Source: Rhodosorus marinus CCMP1338 (lineage: Eukaryota; Plantae; Rhodophyta). From it: a DNA stretch of 64,000 bases. The notes under the pieces were generated by a model, which saw nothing but the letters and a program-made list of their open reading frames with translations, did not search any database and was not told the origin of the DNA. The stretch spans positions 1,054,001 to 1,118,000 of the forward strand of contig JAMWBK010000005.1 in the NCBI GenBank assembly GCA_029953675.1. The letters run 5' to 3'. Below are positions 22,875 to 34,701 of the stretch, one piece after another (positions within the stretch are counted from its first letter, which is position 1; every line of letters starts with the position of its first letter). A program made the translations under genes and the position numbers.

Positions 22875-23929
22875 ATGGGTGAGCGGAAGGTCTTGAACAA
22901 GTACTACCCGCCCGACTTTGACGGGACGAAACTTGTTCGAAATAAGAGGCCCCGGGATCAGTTGGAGCTGATCAGATTTATGCTTCCCGTTACTGTGAGA
23001 TGCAACAATTGCGGCGAGTACATGTACGCGGGAAAGAAATTCAACGTGAAGAAGGAGACCTTGCAGAATGAGGTAAAGACATCTCCTATTTCGCTTGTCT
23101 CTAATTTCGTTTTCTTTAGTCTTGGAATAAGTTTCATGGACGCGTTTACTGAAAGAATTTCATGCGTTCTCGCAGGATTATTTGGGATTGAAGATTTTTA
23201 GATTCTATGTGAAATGTGTGAGTTGTTCCTCGCAGTTCACCATCAAGACTGACCCCAAGAATGCGGACTACATTGCTGAGGCGGGGGCAACGAGAAATTA
23301 TGAGCCCTGGCGGCAGCAGGAACAAGGTATGTACTTACCGAGGTGGCCACTCGCACATGTGACTTTCATAGTTCTAATCTAAGCGTGTTGATATCTTTTT
23401 CACAACTGTAGCCGAGGATGATGTCAAGAAAGCTCTCGACGAAGAGGAAATGGACACGATGGCTGCATTGGAGAACAGAACTCTTGACGCAAAAGAAGAG
23501 ATGGAGATTCAGGATGCTCTAGATCAGTTGCGCCATCTCCGCGCCCAGCAAGGCCACCTCAGCTTTGACCAGCTTTTACGAATCCAAGAGCGCCGATTTA
23601 TGAATACGAGCAGAATTGAGGATGCACGAAAGGAAAAGGCTGAGCTTGAAGACGAGAAGGTTGCCAAAGAAGTATTCCAGAAACGAAGAAATATTGTGAA
23701 ACGGCTCGAAGATCCCTCTGAAGAAGCTGAAAATGTGATGGGCAATGAGCCAGAACCCAAAATTCGTCATACAGCTTCGGAAAATCCCCCCCCGCCGCAG
23801 AAGCCCAAACTAGGGGGGCTTGGAGGCCTGAATATTAAGATCAGCACGTCCAAGAAACCGAGACCTGCAACAGAGAGCAAGGTTGCGCTAGCCAGTCTCG
23901 CGGCTTATCCAGACAGCGAGGACGAGTAG
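22875..23929 (+). CDS. YJU2: Splicing factor YJU2/CCDC94/Cwc16, 2 introns
   Basis: [79 protein letters not shown]. Confidence 0.95.
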
Positions 23930-25247
23930 TCTGTGGCATGTAGCGAAGAAGAAGATATTTGACAACGCCGACACAAACCTGATGCAACATCTCAGGACCA
24001 GGCTGCCGCAGCGGTTAGTGCTCGAATGATCGAACGCAGGAGGGACGAAACTGAAGCATGTGATCGACACAACCTCAAGCCATAGCAGAACGGGAAATCG
24101 AATTTGTTGATTGCAGCTTGTTTTGTACCAAATCCGGGTCACCACTATAGAAAATCTGCCACAACTGGATCTAGAAGAAGACAGACGCAGTAGGAGAGCT
24201 AACTTATTTAACACGTGATCGCGCCAGAACACTAAACCAAATTGGATGATCCAGCAGACAGTCCCACGTTACCAAACGTCGAATCCCTCAAGAAAATAGT
24301 TCTGACCTACCAGGCCAGCCTGCCAATGCGTGGCGGCACCCAGACCTCTGCATGAACTGATAGCAAGGCAATCGGATCATCAAGGGACCGACGTCGACGC
24401 GCTTAGGGTCCTCTGGACCTACCTCGACCAGGCCAACCGCAGCCTCCGCAGACGTACATCGTGGCTCGTTCATCACTCTCGCAATGAAATCTGAATACTA
24501 TTAGTAGTAGCAATAGCCCACTCATGAATGCCTGATTTTCTTCTCTCTATAGGGACTCCCTTAACCGGATGTTCGCCATTCAGTAAAACGACACCAATCC
24601 CCAAGCAACAATTACCCCTATCATGTTTTAAACTTAAAAACGCCTTTTCAGTCTTGGTTTTTTCGTTCATACATGATAATCGACCAACTACTACAGAATA
24701 AAATTCCAACAAACTCATCCGTTGCCTACCCGAGCCGCGCAAAAAAGAATTTCACAAATATTTTATTGGCCAAATTGGTGAATTTTTTTTTGGCCGTGCA
24801 TATTTTTAACACTACTCAAATACCGTCCCATGCATAGAACTGCATTTATAATTTACCGGCCAGAATACCTTGGACCACTGTTACCGCGAAAACAATATCT
24901 TTTTGGAGCGAAAGCTTTCTGTAGTTAGTGTGAATTAGTACACATTAGTATATTATCTGTTTTGGATTGTGGTTATGAAGGACGCGCTCGCTGATGATTG
25001 AGTGCAGTGGTGGCTGGGGGGGTGGCGGGGGTAGTGAGAAGCGAATCGGGCAGTAGTTTAGGAGGCCTTCTGGAAGATCTTTGTATGTATCTGAGTTCGA
25101 ATGGGAGCGATTGCAGAAGATTCTGTTTGCTTTTGGCTGTTTGGTTAGTTGTATGTATTTATGGATATGATTAAATTGGTTCTGGTAGCAGTGACATTTT
25201 AGTTTTCGGGAGGAAAGGGGGGAGGAGGGAGGGTGTTTGAGGGACTG

Positions 25248-26318
25248 ATGGCGCCGAATTGTGGACAAAAGTTTGAGCGGGTGTTATCGTGCATGGAGGA
25301 GAAGCACTCTTCGCACTCTTGTAGAGATGTGGTTCATGAGTTTCTGATGTGCCAGAGGGAGGTGAGCAGTGGTGAATCATTAGTTTACAATACGCGTTGG
25401 GGAGCACATTGGTAGTTGTTTTTCTTTTTGTGAGGAATGGGAAACGCTTGTGTTGGACGAATTTTCATGTACCGTTTCTCTCGATTCGAGCAGACGTTAC
25501 CGGGATCCGCTTGGCCTTGTTCCTGAACAGAATGTCCTCCCTGGTTTTGTCCATTGCAGTTTGTTCGCACCGCGGCCGGGGAACAGCAGGTGAAAGGACC
25601 TGCCATGGTGAGAGAATCAGGTAAGCCTGTAGCTGTCGCTGACGCCATGCCTTCTCAGAACACACAAATCACCCCGCGGAGGGAGATTCAGTTGATCATC
25701 AATATGAACCTCGTGAACTCGATGGCAAGAGCGGCCAAGCACCAGGCCTTGGCAGTGAAGGATACATGGTGAGTTTTGCTGACAGCCTCTTCGGCATCCC
25801 TGGCTGAAGCTATGGAACCGATGATAACCCCCCCCCCCCGGGGGCGAAAAGAGTCTGAAAGGGCTGAAGACGCTACATGCAGGTCTGCTCTTATTAGATC
25901 ATTTCCAACTGACCACCCTAAAATATATATTATATTTTGTGCTTTCTGAGCATATAGGAATACGCTTTGGGAACCTGAGACAAGGCAGATTTTCGTCAAA
26001 TATTGCGGTCGAATATGCAAGAACCTCGCTGTAGTTGTAGACAAAACATTTTCAGAAGCTCTAGGTTGGTCGTCGGGTGGCAAGGGCCGATCTTGAATGT
26101 AAATCATAGCCGCAGACAGTGTAGAGGCGCCTCGGGTTTGGGTGGATCGGAGTCCAAGGGCGAACCGCGCAAAGCATCAGGAGACACACCACCAAGGGTC
26201 AAGCCACTATCTATGCCGCCTCGAACAAATTTCACACTTATGCCGTAGTCCCATTTTGCACATAAAAAACCACTCTTCGAACTTTTTGTATTCTTTTTCT
26301 TCCGAAAAATGCCTTTAG
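25248..26318 (+). CDS. Twin CX9C (CHCH) domain protein, multi-exon; 3' end tentative
   Basis: First exon encodes C-GQKFERVLS-C-MEEKHSSHS-C-RDVVHEFLM-C (exact CX9C-X9-CX9C) and ends at a GAG|GTGAGC donor. Downstream exons can be joined with compatible phases. Confidence 0.55.
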
Positions 26319-26455
26319 AGGTCGATACATGATTCACAGATAATAAAGTAGCAAAAGAATTGTGAGCTCTACAAGCGTTTCCCAAATATTGTACATATTG
26401 TACAAGGATCCCGTTTCCGTCACGTCGCCTGGTCAGAGACCGGTTCCACTTCATA

Positions 26456-27811
26456 TCACTTTGCGATTGCCTCAGTTTCAGTGCGCTTATCCTTCTCAGA
26501 CTGGAATAGGCAGATCGTTGCAGTGATCATGTTCAACAGGGGAAAGGCGAAGGGTGCGTTCGGCATGTAGGGAGCGGCCCCGTCGTGTGTGGAAAACACT
26601 CCAAACACCAAAGACATCAGCAGCGACCCAAATCCAGTTTGCAAAGTGCTCATTGCGGACAGGGAACCTTGCAAAGATCCCTGTTCTGAAGTTGGTACCT
26701 GCCTGGCTATGATAGCCCGCAAAGTCGGAATCGCTATCCACCCAAACGAGCCGACGAAAAGAGACGCGTAGGCATGCCAAGACTTCGTCATGAAGGTCAT
26801 CACGAGAAGGTATCCAAGCTCCGATATGAACCCAAGTTTCATCGTCGGATACTCTCCAAAGGCCTTAATCGCAAACCGCGTGAGCAAACCCTGGTTTATA
26901 ATTGCCACGATTCCAGCAAACGATAAATAGCGACCAATGTCGGCCGCCTCCCAACTGAGCCTTTCGTGGAAATATAGGTAGGCAATGCCGTGCCAAACCG
27001 TGGTGAAGTTAATCAAGAACTGAGTGGCAACAAGCGACGTCAGATATTTGTCTCGCTTGAAGAGCCGAGTGAAGTTAATAACATCAAGATTGATTGCTCT
27101 CTTGTGTGGATTCTTTAAGGTCTCCGGCATAAACCATATACCGAAAGCCGCTAGTCCGAAAAGGCCAACGCTCGCCCAGAGCGCCGTTTGTTCGTTGAAA
27201 TTGGAGACGATCAATCCGCCGACCATTGGACCCAGCGCGAAGCTCGCGCCCCCAACTACTCCCAAAACCCCAAAGAACACTGGCTCATTCCCAGTCCCTA
27301 CAACAATATCAGCCACACACGCGTTGGCTGTAGTTGGAAAGGCGGATCCGACGCTGGACATGTACTTGGAGAGCACATACATGGGCAGAGTTCTGAAACT
27401 TGCCAGGAGAGCAATTTCCATCGCAAACCCTGCGACTCCGAACAGGAGCACCGGTTTCCGTCCCACACGATCAGACAGCGCTCCAACGTACGGGAGCAAA
27501 ACAAGCTCAAGAGGCATTGTCGCAAAACTGATAATTCCCGAAGCATAAGCAGCTTTTGAGGTGCTGCCGTTCATGATCCTCAACAAAAGAGAGGGCAGAA
27601 CCGGTATCAATATAGAGATAGCAAACGTCACCAAGAACAGAAGAGCCATCACGAATGCAAATTTTCGAACGTCCAGCTCCTGCGCCTCAACTCGTGTTTT
27701 CTCCTCATCATCGCTGAACGCTGTCCGCTCCCCACTGCTCGATCCATACGAACTCTCTCCAGCAAGCGACGTCAACGTCATGTCCTCAGACACCTGTTCC
27801 GTCTCCATCAT
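26456..27811 (-). CDS. MFS transporter, TetA/DHA1 (MFSD14-like) family, intronless
   Basis: About 12 hydrophobic segments, motif A GALSDRVGRKPVLL, motif C-like GGASFALGPMVGG, and EQGSLQGSLS. Confidence 0.9.
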   Translation of the reverse strand: MMETEQVSEDMTLTSLAGESSYGSSSGERTAFSDDEEKTRVEAQELDVRKFAFVMALLFLVTFAISILIPVLPSLLLRIMNGSTSKAAYASGIISFATMPLELVLLPYVGALSDRVGRKPVLLFGVAGFAMEIALLASFRTLPMYVLSKYMSSVGSAFPTTANACVADIVVGTGNEPVFFGVLGVVGGASFALGPMVGGLIVSNFNEQTALWASVGLFGLAAFGIWFMPETLKNPHKRAINLDVINFTRLFKRDKYLTSLVATQFLINFTTVWHGIAYLYFHERLSWEAADIGRYLSFAGIVAIINQGLLTRFAIKAFGEYPTMKLGFISELGYLLVMTFMTKSWHAYASLFVGSFGWIAIPTLRAIIARQVPTSEQGSLQGSLSAMSTLQTGFGSLLMSLVFGVFSTHDGAAPYMPNAPFAFPLLNMITATICLFQSEKDKRTETEAIAK

Positions 27812-29838
27812 TACCAGAGAAAACCGCAACCAATCCCTCTTCTCAACCAGCCATCACCAGAAACCGAATCACAGCAAACGCTCACCAATCACCCACAAGC
27901 GCAGTTCTCTCAAAACATCCAAAAAAACTCGCCTAGCCAACACAACCCACAGGCCAACTATGCTGTAAATACAGCCCTTGCCAAACCCACCCCGAAGCCC
28001 CTCGCCAGCACAAACAGCATGTGCCCCACTTGGCCCCCCTCCCCACTTCTAACACCCAAAGCCGCACCAGGTGCCAATCTCCTTTTATACAACCCCTGGT
28101 TTGTGTCTTCAGTCTTCGAACGACGTAAAACTCTGGAAATTGGGGGGAGTACTAGTCCCCCGTCATCAAATGAAGTCAAACTCACTGCTCTCCTCACCCC
28201 TCACTGGCAACCCCCGTCATTCAATGACCTATGACGTAAAATAAAATCGATCGAAATTCTTTCTTATCACACTGTTTTAACTAACACCCTAAACTTCTTA
28301 AATAAAACATCCATAGACAAATTCTTGATTCCTAAAATATTTCGCAACAAATATTCCCGTGAGAAAATATATCCTTGAGGGCGGATTTCTCGGTTCCCCT
28401 TTCTTTTTTTTGGAAATCAAGGATACACACCCTTCACACACACAAGGACAACACCCCCCCGCACCCCTTTTCTCTTCCCCCAATCAATTCTTGTCCACAA
28501 TTTCGGGGTTCGGTTGATCAACGGTCTCTCCTCTTGAGACGCGTTTGAGATTGAATATGTGAAAAGTGCTTTTGCAAACAAAAACGAAGGAAAAGTTTTT
28601 GTCTTCAGAAGAAGTTCTCATTGGCTTTTTTTCATGTTTGCTATGAGCTTCAGACTTTGAGTGATTGGTTGATTGGTTTATGTATTATAGAATAAAATAA
28701 ATAGAACGTGCAATTTGGTTTCTGGTATTTGAGGCCAATTATTGAAATGGAGAAAATTAATGAGGAAAAGGGATTGTATGTTTTGTAATCATGAATACCG
28801 TAATTATTATGGCACATATACTGATATGAGCATTTCATATTGGCTAATGTCAATGACACTTGCACGTTCATTTGTTGAACTTAATGTCTGAATTATATTA
28901 ATTTGTGAATGGAAGATCGCGGAAGGGGATTGTTGTCCCTTTTCAACGGCAAGTCTGGATACTGGGATGTGACGGGGATGGCCTAAAAGCTTCCAAATAT
29001 TAAGTGTTTTTAGCAGCAGGGGGGGTCTGCTTATTTTCATTGTTGTTGGAAAACGATTCTTGAAGCTTCAAAAACATGTATAAACTATATTTGCAAAGTA
29101 TCCCAACCGCTGGGCAACGTTTCCGGTGTGGTAGTGGTGGGGGAAGGGGGAGGGGGGAAGGGAATAGAGGAACAGTCTCATGTGAAAAAGAGGGAATTTG
29201 TTGGTGAAATGACAGCAATCGTCTGTAGATATTGATTGCCGACCTTGCCCACAGCGTGAGGGGTATATAGGTGGCAGGGCTTCGCTCTGCAGAAGCGAGT
29301 AAAAGCATAACGCTCCGTGGGCTGATTGCACGTAGAGGACATTTCCGAGCTCCTACAGGACGGCACACATAGTCAAGAAGGTCAGGTCCGCGCACACACG
29401 AGCGTCCCGTGTACCCCAATACCTCAAAAAGTTCCCAAGTTGCGAAAGCCACAGAGCTGGTGGAGGCTCTGCTGGGTGTATATACGTTTTGGTGTTGATT
29501 TCTGTACATTTCCACGCAGACTGCTTCCAGAAACGTCAGATGTCACGATGTGCTGGAGCGCACCCTCAACCCTGAAAAGCCTCGCCATGAAACCATCTAG
29601 AATAATCAGGTGAAATGGCCAATGCCATTGTTCGCACAGACTCACGCGGAGACGAAAATAAGCCCCAGGTGGTCGTCCAGTGCTAGTTATTTCGTACGTT
29701 TTTACGCTCGTTAGCTAATTTAATGTAGTAGCAAGTTAGAATTACGCGAGGGCCACAGAGAGCACTCGTCATGGTGTAGCAGACTGGATACAGGGGTGGG
29801 ACATAGCGTCATCGCGACGGGCGAGCCCTGCAGATCCC

Positions 29839-31348
29839 CTACTCGTCAATAGACGCAAAATGCTTGTCTCCAACGACTTTTTTCTCCTTTCCCTCTGTAT
29901 GCTCCAAGGCAATCGACTTGAACTTGTTCATGGCCAGCACAAGATGGACATACTTCCGAAGATTTTTCTCCTGTTCTCGGAGAGACACCAAATCGACGTC
30001 GAGAGGTTTATCGGACAGTTCAGAGGACCGCTTAAACCAATCATGCTCAAGAGCGGCCTGGGCATTCAACCGTTTCAAGGGATCTCGCGAAAGAAGACCA
30101 TGAACGAGGCTCCAAGCATATGGTGAGACCGTCTTCCACACAGGTGAGTCTGGGGTCGCGACGCTTCCTGGTTGCATATGCTCGTCATCAGGATCAAAAC
30201 TCGGTAACTCGCCGCTTATTAGAGCGTACATTACAATTCCGAGGGACCATAGGTCAACAGCTTCATCGTACTCGCTGTCCCCAGTGATCTCTGGTGCCAT
30301 GTACAATGGTGTCCCCACGTACGACTTAAGCTGGCGAAAATCAGCATTCTCTCCTCGGCTCACCGAGCACCGCCTCTCTGCATCGTGTGTTAGTCTCCCC
30401 GCCAGTCCAAAGTCAGCGATTTTGACTTTCAAGCCTTTCTCATACGTGCACAGGATGTTGTCGAGCTTCAAATCTCGATGCACAACGCCACAGTTGTGTA
30501 GGTAGTTGACCGCTTCAAGTAGTTGCTGCATGACGTACTGTGCGTCACTTTCTCTGAATTTGTGCATGCAAATGAGGCGATCAACGAGCATCCCCCCTTT
30601 AACAAGTTCCATCACAATATAAATATCTGCCTTTGTCTCAAACGCGTCAACAAGACGAACGATGCTGTCGTGTAATAAGCGCTGTTGAATGTCAATCTCT
30701 CGTCGCAGCCGTGGGATTATCCTCCTGTCGGTCTTGGACTTCTTAATGACCTTGACGGCGTACACTTCTTCCGGTGCCGTGGCAGATTTGCTCGAGTGTT
30801 CTACTATGCCCTGGTGTACGCTTCCAAAAGCACCAGTCCCAAGCTCATCCTTCAAAGCTATGAACGGCGAAATGTCCTGTCAAAACCCATCAGACGATAG
30901 TTCCTCTGCATCAGCTAACCAGCTCACAGTCGCAAGCTGTGAAAGAGATGAAGGCCCACCTTGCTCGTGACGAGTGCCAGTACTCGCAACCACGCCTTCG
31001 TTTCCTCGTGAGTGTCTGCTTGAAATTGAACGACTCTTTTCGGCGTTGTGACGACGACGTTCCCTCCCTGGCCAACCTGAGCTTTCATTGAGCTGCACCG
31101 AACGGTCCACATGACCTAACCATTTAAATTTCAAAGGCATGTGAGCAAACTATGAGTATTTCTTCTCCAATTTCCCCACTGCGGTTCACTCTTCCCACCT
31201 GATCATCCTTAAACGCCCGTAACCAGAGACTGTTCAACTCTAGATGAAGTCTCTCGGAGAAGAACAGAAAAGCCCTGGTGGAAACATAACCTTTCATACA
31301 CACACGCCGGGAAATTGGCCCATCCTGAGGAAGATGAAAGTCTTCCAT
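29839..31348 (-). CDS. CAMK-group Ser/Thr kinase with N-terminal PH-like domain, 2 introns
   Basis: LGTGAFGSV, YAVKVI, HRDLKLDN, KIADFG, GTPLYMAPE, DLWSLG. Upstream exons carry MKGYV...LELNSLWLRAFKDD and FQADTHEETKAWLRVL (PH C-terminal helix). Confidence 0.9.
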
Positions 31349-32766
31349 TACTGCGAAACAGCTGAAGGCTTTTCAAACAACGAAATCAATCCCCTCCGAC
31401 CGACAAGACGAACCCTCAGCTAGAAACCATGGCAGGAACCGCCTCCACTCGCAATTCGTTCCTAAAACAACAAAACCTCGATCGCAAAATAGGAATCCTG
31501 CTACAAAACCTCGAGACCAAAACCATCACCAACCTCACTCTCCTCACCCTCCCAAACCGAACAGATGACAGCGAGCTTACTTACATACGCCGCTCTCGGT
31601 AGTCCTATGTAAAGTCGAGATCCGTCACAAAAATACTAGAAAAACAACGATCCCCCCGAAGAAACCACGGATATCCAAATCTTAAAATCCAACCCTTCCT
31701 CCCCGTCCCCACCTCCCCACACAACAAGACCTTACACCGTCTCCAACCCACAACCGTCCTCTCATATTCCCTCTCCTCAAGCAGACCAGAAACAATCTTC
31801 ACCAAATCATCCGAGGCTCAGACTAACGGAAAACCCATCAAAACCAAAAACCCAATGCGCTAAACCTTCTGAAAATGTCCTTCGCTCCGCTAACCACCAT
31901 CACCATCACCACCACCCCAAAAAGAAACAAAAAAACCCTCCTAAACCAGGATAGCTAATTCAGGATGGCAAAATCCCTCTCATCCTCGAACTACACCTTC
32001 ACTATCATCCATATCCATCCACTACCGCCACCTCCAAACCGCCTCTTCGAGCTCAATACCATCTCAGTACTCAACCAGCAAATCGGACAACTGACTCAAT
32101 ATCATGAATGTCAATATTTCTAGTAATTTTCCCCAAGTCCTCTCCCCTCCCCCCCCCCCCCCGCCTTTTCCTCCTCTTATCCTCCATTCCCCCCCCCTTT
32201 TTCCAAACAGACTTTTGCCAACCGTTTACGAAGAATTCAAAAGCAAAACCACAAAAACATCAACCCGGAAAAACGAGCCCTTCGGCTAAGACGGTAATAG
32301 AGCCGGAAGTGCAGGGGGTAGAGTCCGTTGAGATGTGTTATCCTTTAACAATCAAATTATCTCGGTTTTGACTTTAGCCCTCTTTTTGAGGAAGAAAACT
32401 CGAGACACTGAGGGAGGCTGATCGATTATTTCTTCCCCCCCGGGGAACTCATCCTTGAAAATATATTTAATTGAAGGAAGATAATTTATTGAACGATTTG
32501 CATGGTTAACGAACCCCCTTCCCAAGGATGTTCTCAGCAGGATGGAAAACGCCTTTTGGGCTGGATACTTCGTCTATCTATCGAGTATCAATCGTTTTCA
32601 TTTTGATTGATTGGATGTGAGAGTAGCTATTTGGACGTTTGGATGGAGGGGTTGATGCGGTTTTGCCTTTGTACGCAGATTTCTTTGCGTACTGAATTTT
32701 TTTTTTTGCGCTTTGGTTTCCGGGTCTTCTCCCTGTTTTGTTTTGTCCCCTCTCTTGCTTGTGTAG

Positions 32767-32921
32767 TACACGCGGCCTTTTGCTCCGAAGAACACGGCCT
32801 TTCGTGGATAGTTTGCTGCTGGGTTGTAGAGGGGGAGCTGACAGGCGTATTGAGTCCGGATGCTTTCGTTATGGCAGTAAGGCCTTATGCTCGGCAGCAA
32901 CTGCCGTTTCGTGGATAGTTT
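32767..32921 (+). repeat. Imperfect tandem duplication (about 45 bp, 107-bp period) with an identical 15-bp core
   Basis: TTTCGTGGATAGTTT at 32800-32814 and 32907-32921, each preceded by similar GGCCTT(T/A)TGCTC sequence. Confidence 0.75.
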
Positions 32922-33348
32922 ATTAATGCGTACAAAAGATTCTGTTCATAAATCTCAGTCAATAGGGTGTATGTATGTGTATATCTTTTCCAATTTTGCT
33001 GGAGACGACAGGTCCTGGGACCCGCCATCTACTTAATATTAAAACGAAGTGACGAACAGCGGTGACCATATAAACCTTCGGAAGCAGGGTCTTCCAGAAA
33101 GAAACCCGCTCAAAAACGAAGCGCGCGGTGACAGCTCTTCAGTCAATCAGGCTCGGAATGAATGAGGCTCAATTAGATTACCAACGGCTGGTTGTAGCCC
33201 TGCCCAGAAGTTGGTTCAAGATAAATATTCAGGTAGTCATCTACAGCATCCCAGTTAGCATCCCCAGCTATAATGGTTTCAATCTGCAATAAGAACAATG
33301 TGTACACGGGTAAGAATCCGGGTAGAGTGCAGAGAGCGAACGGCTGAG

Positions 33349-33852
33349 CTAGCTTACGTTTGTTTCCTGGTCAGGCTGGCTGGGCTGATCAAAGGACGCA
33401 GATTCTTGTCCACTAACCATGCTCGTGAACAGCACGTCCGGGGCGGAATACAAGTTATCAGTAGGAAAGAACACAGCATCAACTGGCGGTTCGGCATCAC
33501 CAGGCGCGGAGGTCTCCGATACTTCTCCGACTTGGTCCAGAGGGAGCATCTCCATCGACATCTCCATACCCTGCTTCACTTTGGGCTGTTCCAGAACCGG
33601 AGTCACAGGAGACCCCGGCGGTGGTCCACGTCCGTTCTGATTCTGCATCTTCTCCAGCTTCAGGAAATGCTTCTGAGCATGAGATCGCACCTGTACTCTG
33701 CTCTTCGTCATAACATACTGGGTGATCTTCATCCAATCTCTTCCATACTCCTCCAGGGCTTCCAAAAACCTCCTATGCTCCTCACTGCTCCATTTCTCAC
33801 GGCGCTTAAGCGCTCGATACTTCCTCTTTGGGGTTGCGTTTTCCTCTCCCAT
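33349..33852 (-). CDS. Single-repeat MYB transcription factor, SHAQKYF class
   Basis: KWSSEEHRRFLEALEEYGRDWMKITQYVMTKSRVQVRSHAQKHFLKL. Confidence 0.9.
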   Translation of the reverse strand: MGEENATPKRKYRALKRREKWSSEEHRRFLEALEEYGRDWMKITQYVMTKSRVQVRSHAQKHFLKLEKMQNQNGRGPPPGSPVTPVLEQPKVKQGMEMSMEMLPLDQVGEVSETSAPGDAEPPVDAVFFPTDNLYSAPDVLFTSMVSGQESASFDQPSQPDQETNVS

Positions 33853-34673
33853 TATCTCAGGCCAAACTCTTCAAACCTCTCTAACTCTCTTTCTCGTTTG
33901 TTCTGCCTCCTCTCTCCACCGTCCTCTGGCTATTGCCTCCTCTTGTGCATCACTCTCTTCCCTTCGACCTGCCTACTATACGCTCTCTTCTAGACCAGCT
34001 GCACTTAAAAAACGAGCTTTTCCCAAGCGAGGGATTCAACTGGTCCAACCAACCAACAATTAAGTCATGTACGAAACAACCCCAAGGAATAAAGAAAACG
34101 CAAGAAGGGGACAAAAAATTAATAAAGACAACATGAAAAACAATTATTTTCGCTCCCCCTGTGAAGCACGCACTCTCCAAAACCATGTTGACACATCTAC
34201 CCCTGAATTTCATATCAACGGTTCCGCCCCAAATACTCACTTTTTATTTCTAAAAACAGAATTTGATGAACAATTATACCTCCCGTTCTATTTCGGGAGG
34301 CTTGGATTTTCTGGAACCAAGCTCAGGCCGCCTCCGATTTTACCCCCCCTTTCTCCAGCTCCAGGAGAAGTAGCAAACCTAATTATTCCCCTTTTTGAAT
34401 ATTCCGAAAGTACGAAAACTCTTCGACTATTCATCATCACCTTCTATTCTAGTATTTTCTTCAATTTTCCTTCTTTTCGAGGGTAAAAGGATTCTTTCTC
34501 TTTTTTTTATGCGATTATACGTCAGTTACTTGGCAGCGACATACACATTTCTCCACCGGGGGGGGTACATCTAGAGGAAAAGAAAGAAAAATTCTTTCAT
34601 ACTTCAGATGACCAGGCTGTTTTCCAAGGAAATAGTGTACTATGAGCCCCTTCAAGTATAGAGACGATTGCGA

Positions 34674-34701
34674 GGGTGGGGGGGATGGGGGGTTGGGGGG
34701 G
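34674..34701 (+). other. G-quadruplex-forming motif
   Basis: Four G-runs of 3 or more separated by 1-2 nt loops. A second such motif lies at about 34955-34987. Confidence 0.6.

Noticed and set aside
26456-27811. Horizontal transfer of the intronless TetA-like transporter
   Set aside because: Eukaryotes have native MFSD14/TetA-like genes, other genes here are also intronless, and composition is not anomalous. It would need a phylogeny.
32761-32783. U2 snRNA-like words GTGTAGTA and CGGCCTTTTG side by side
   Set aside because: The order is reversed relative to U2, and the AAGATCAA context and Sm site are missing. GTGTAG is better explained as a splice acceptor.
33298-33993. Long antisense ORFs (231 aa here; also 1033-1470, 27024-27548, 60517-60900)
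   Set aside because: They are shadows of real genes on the opposite strand and have no independent motifs.
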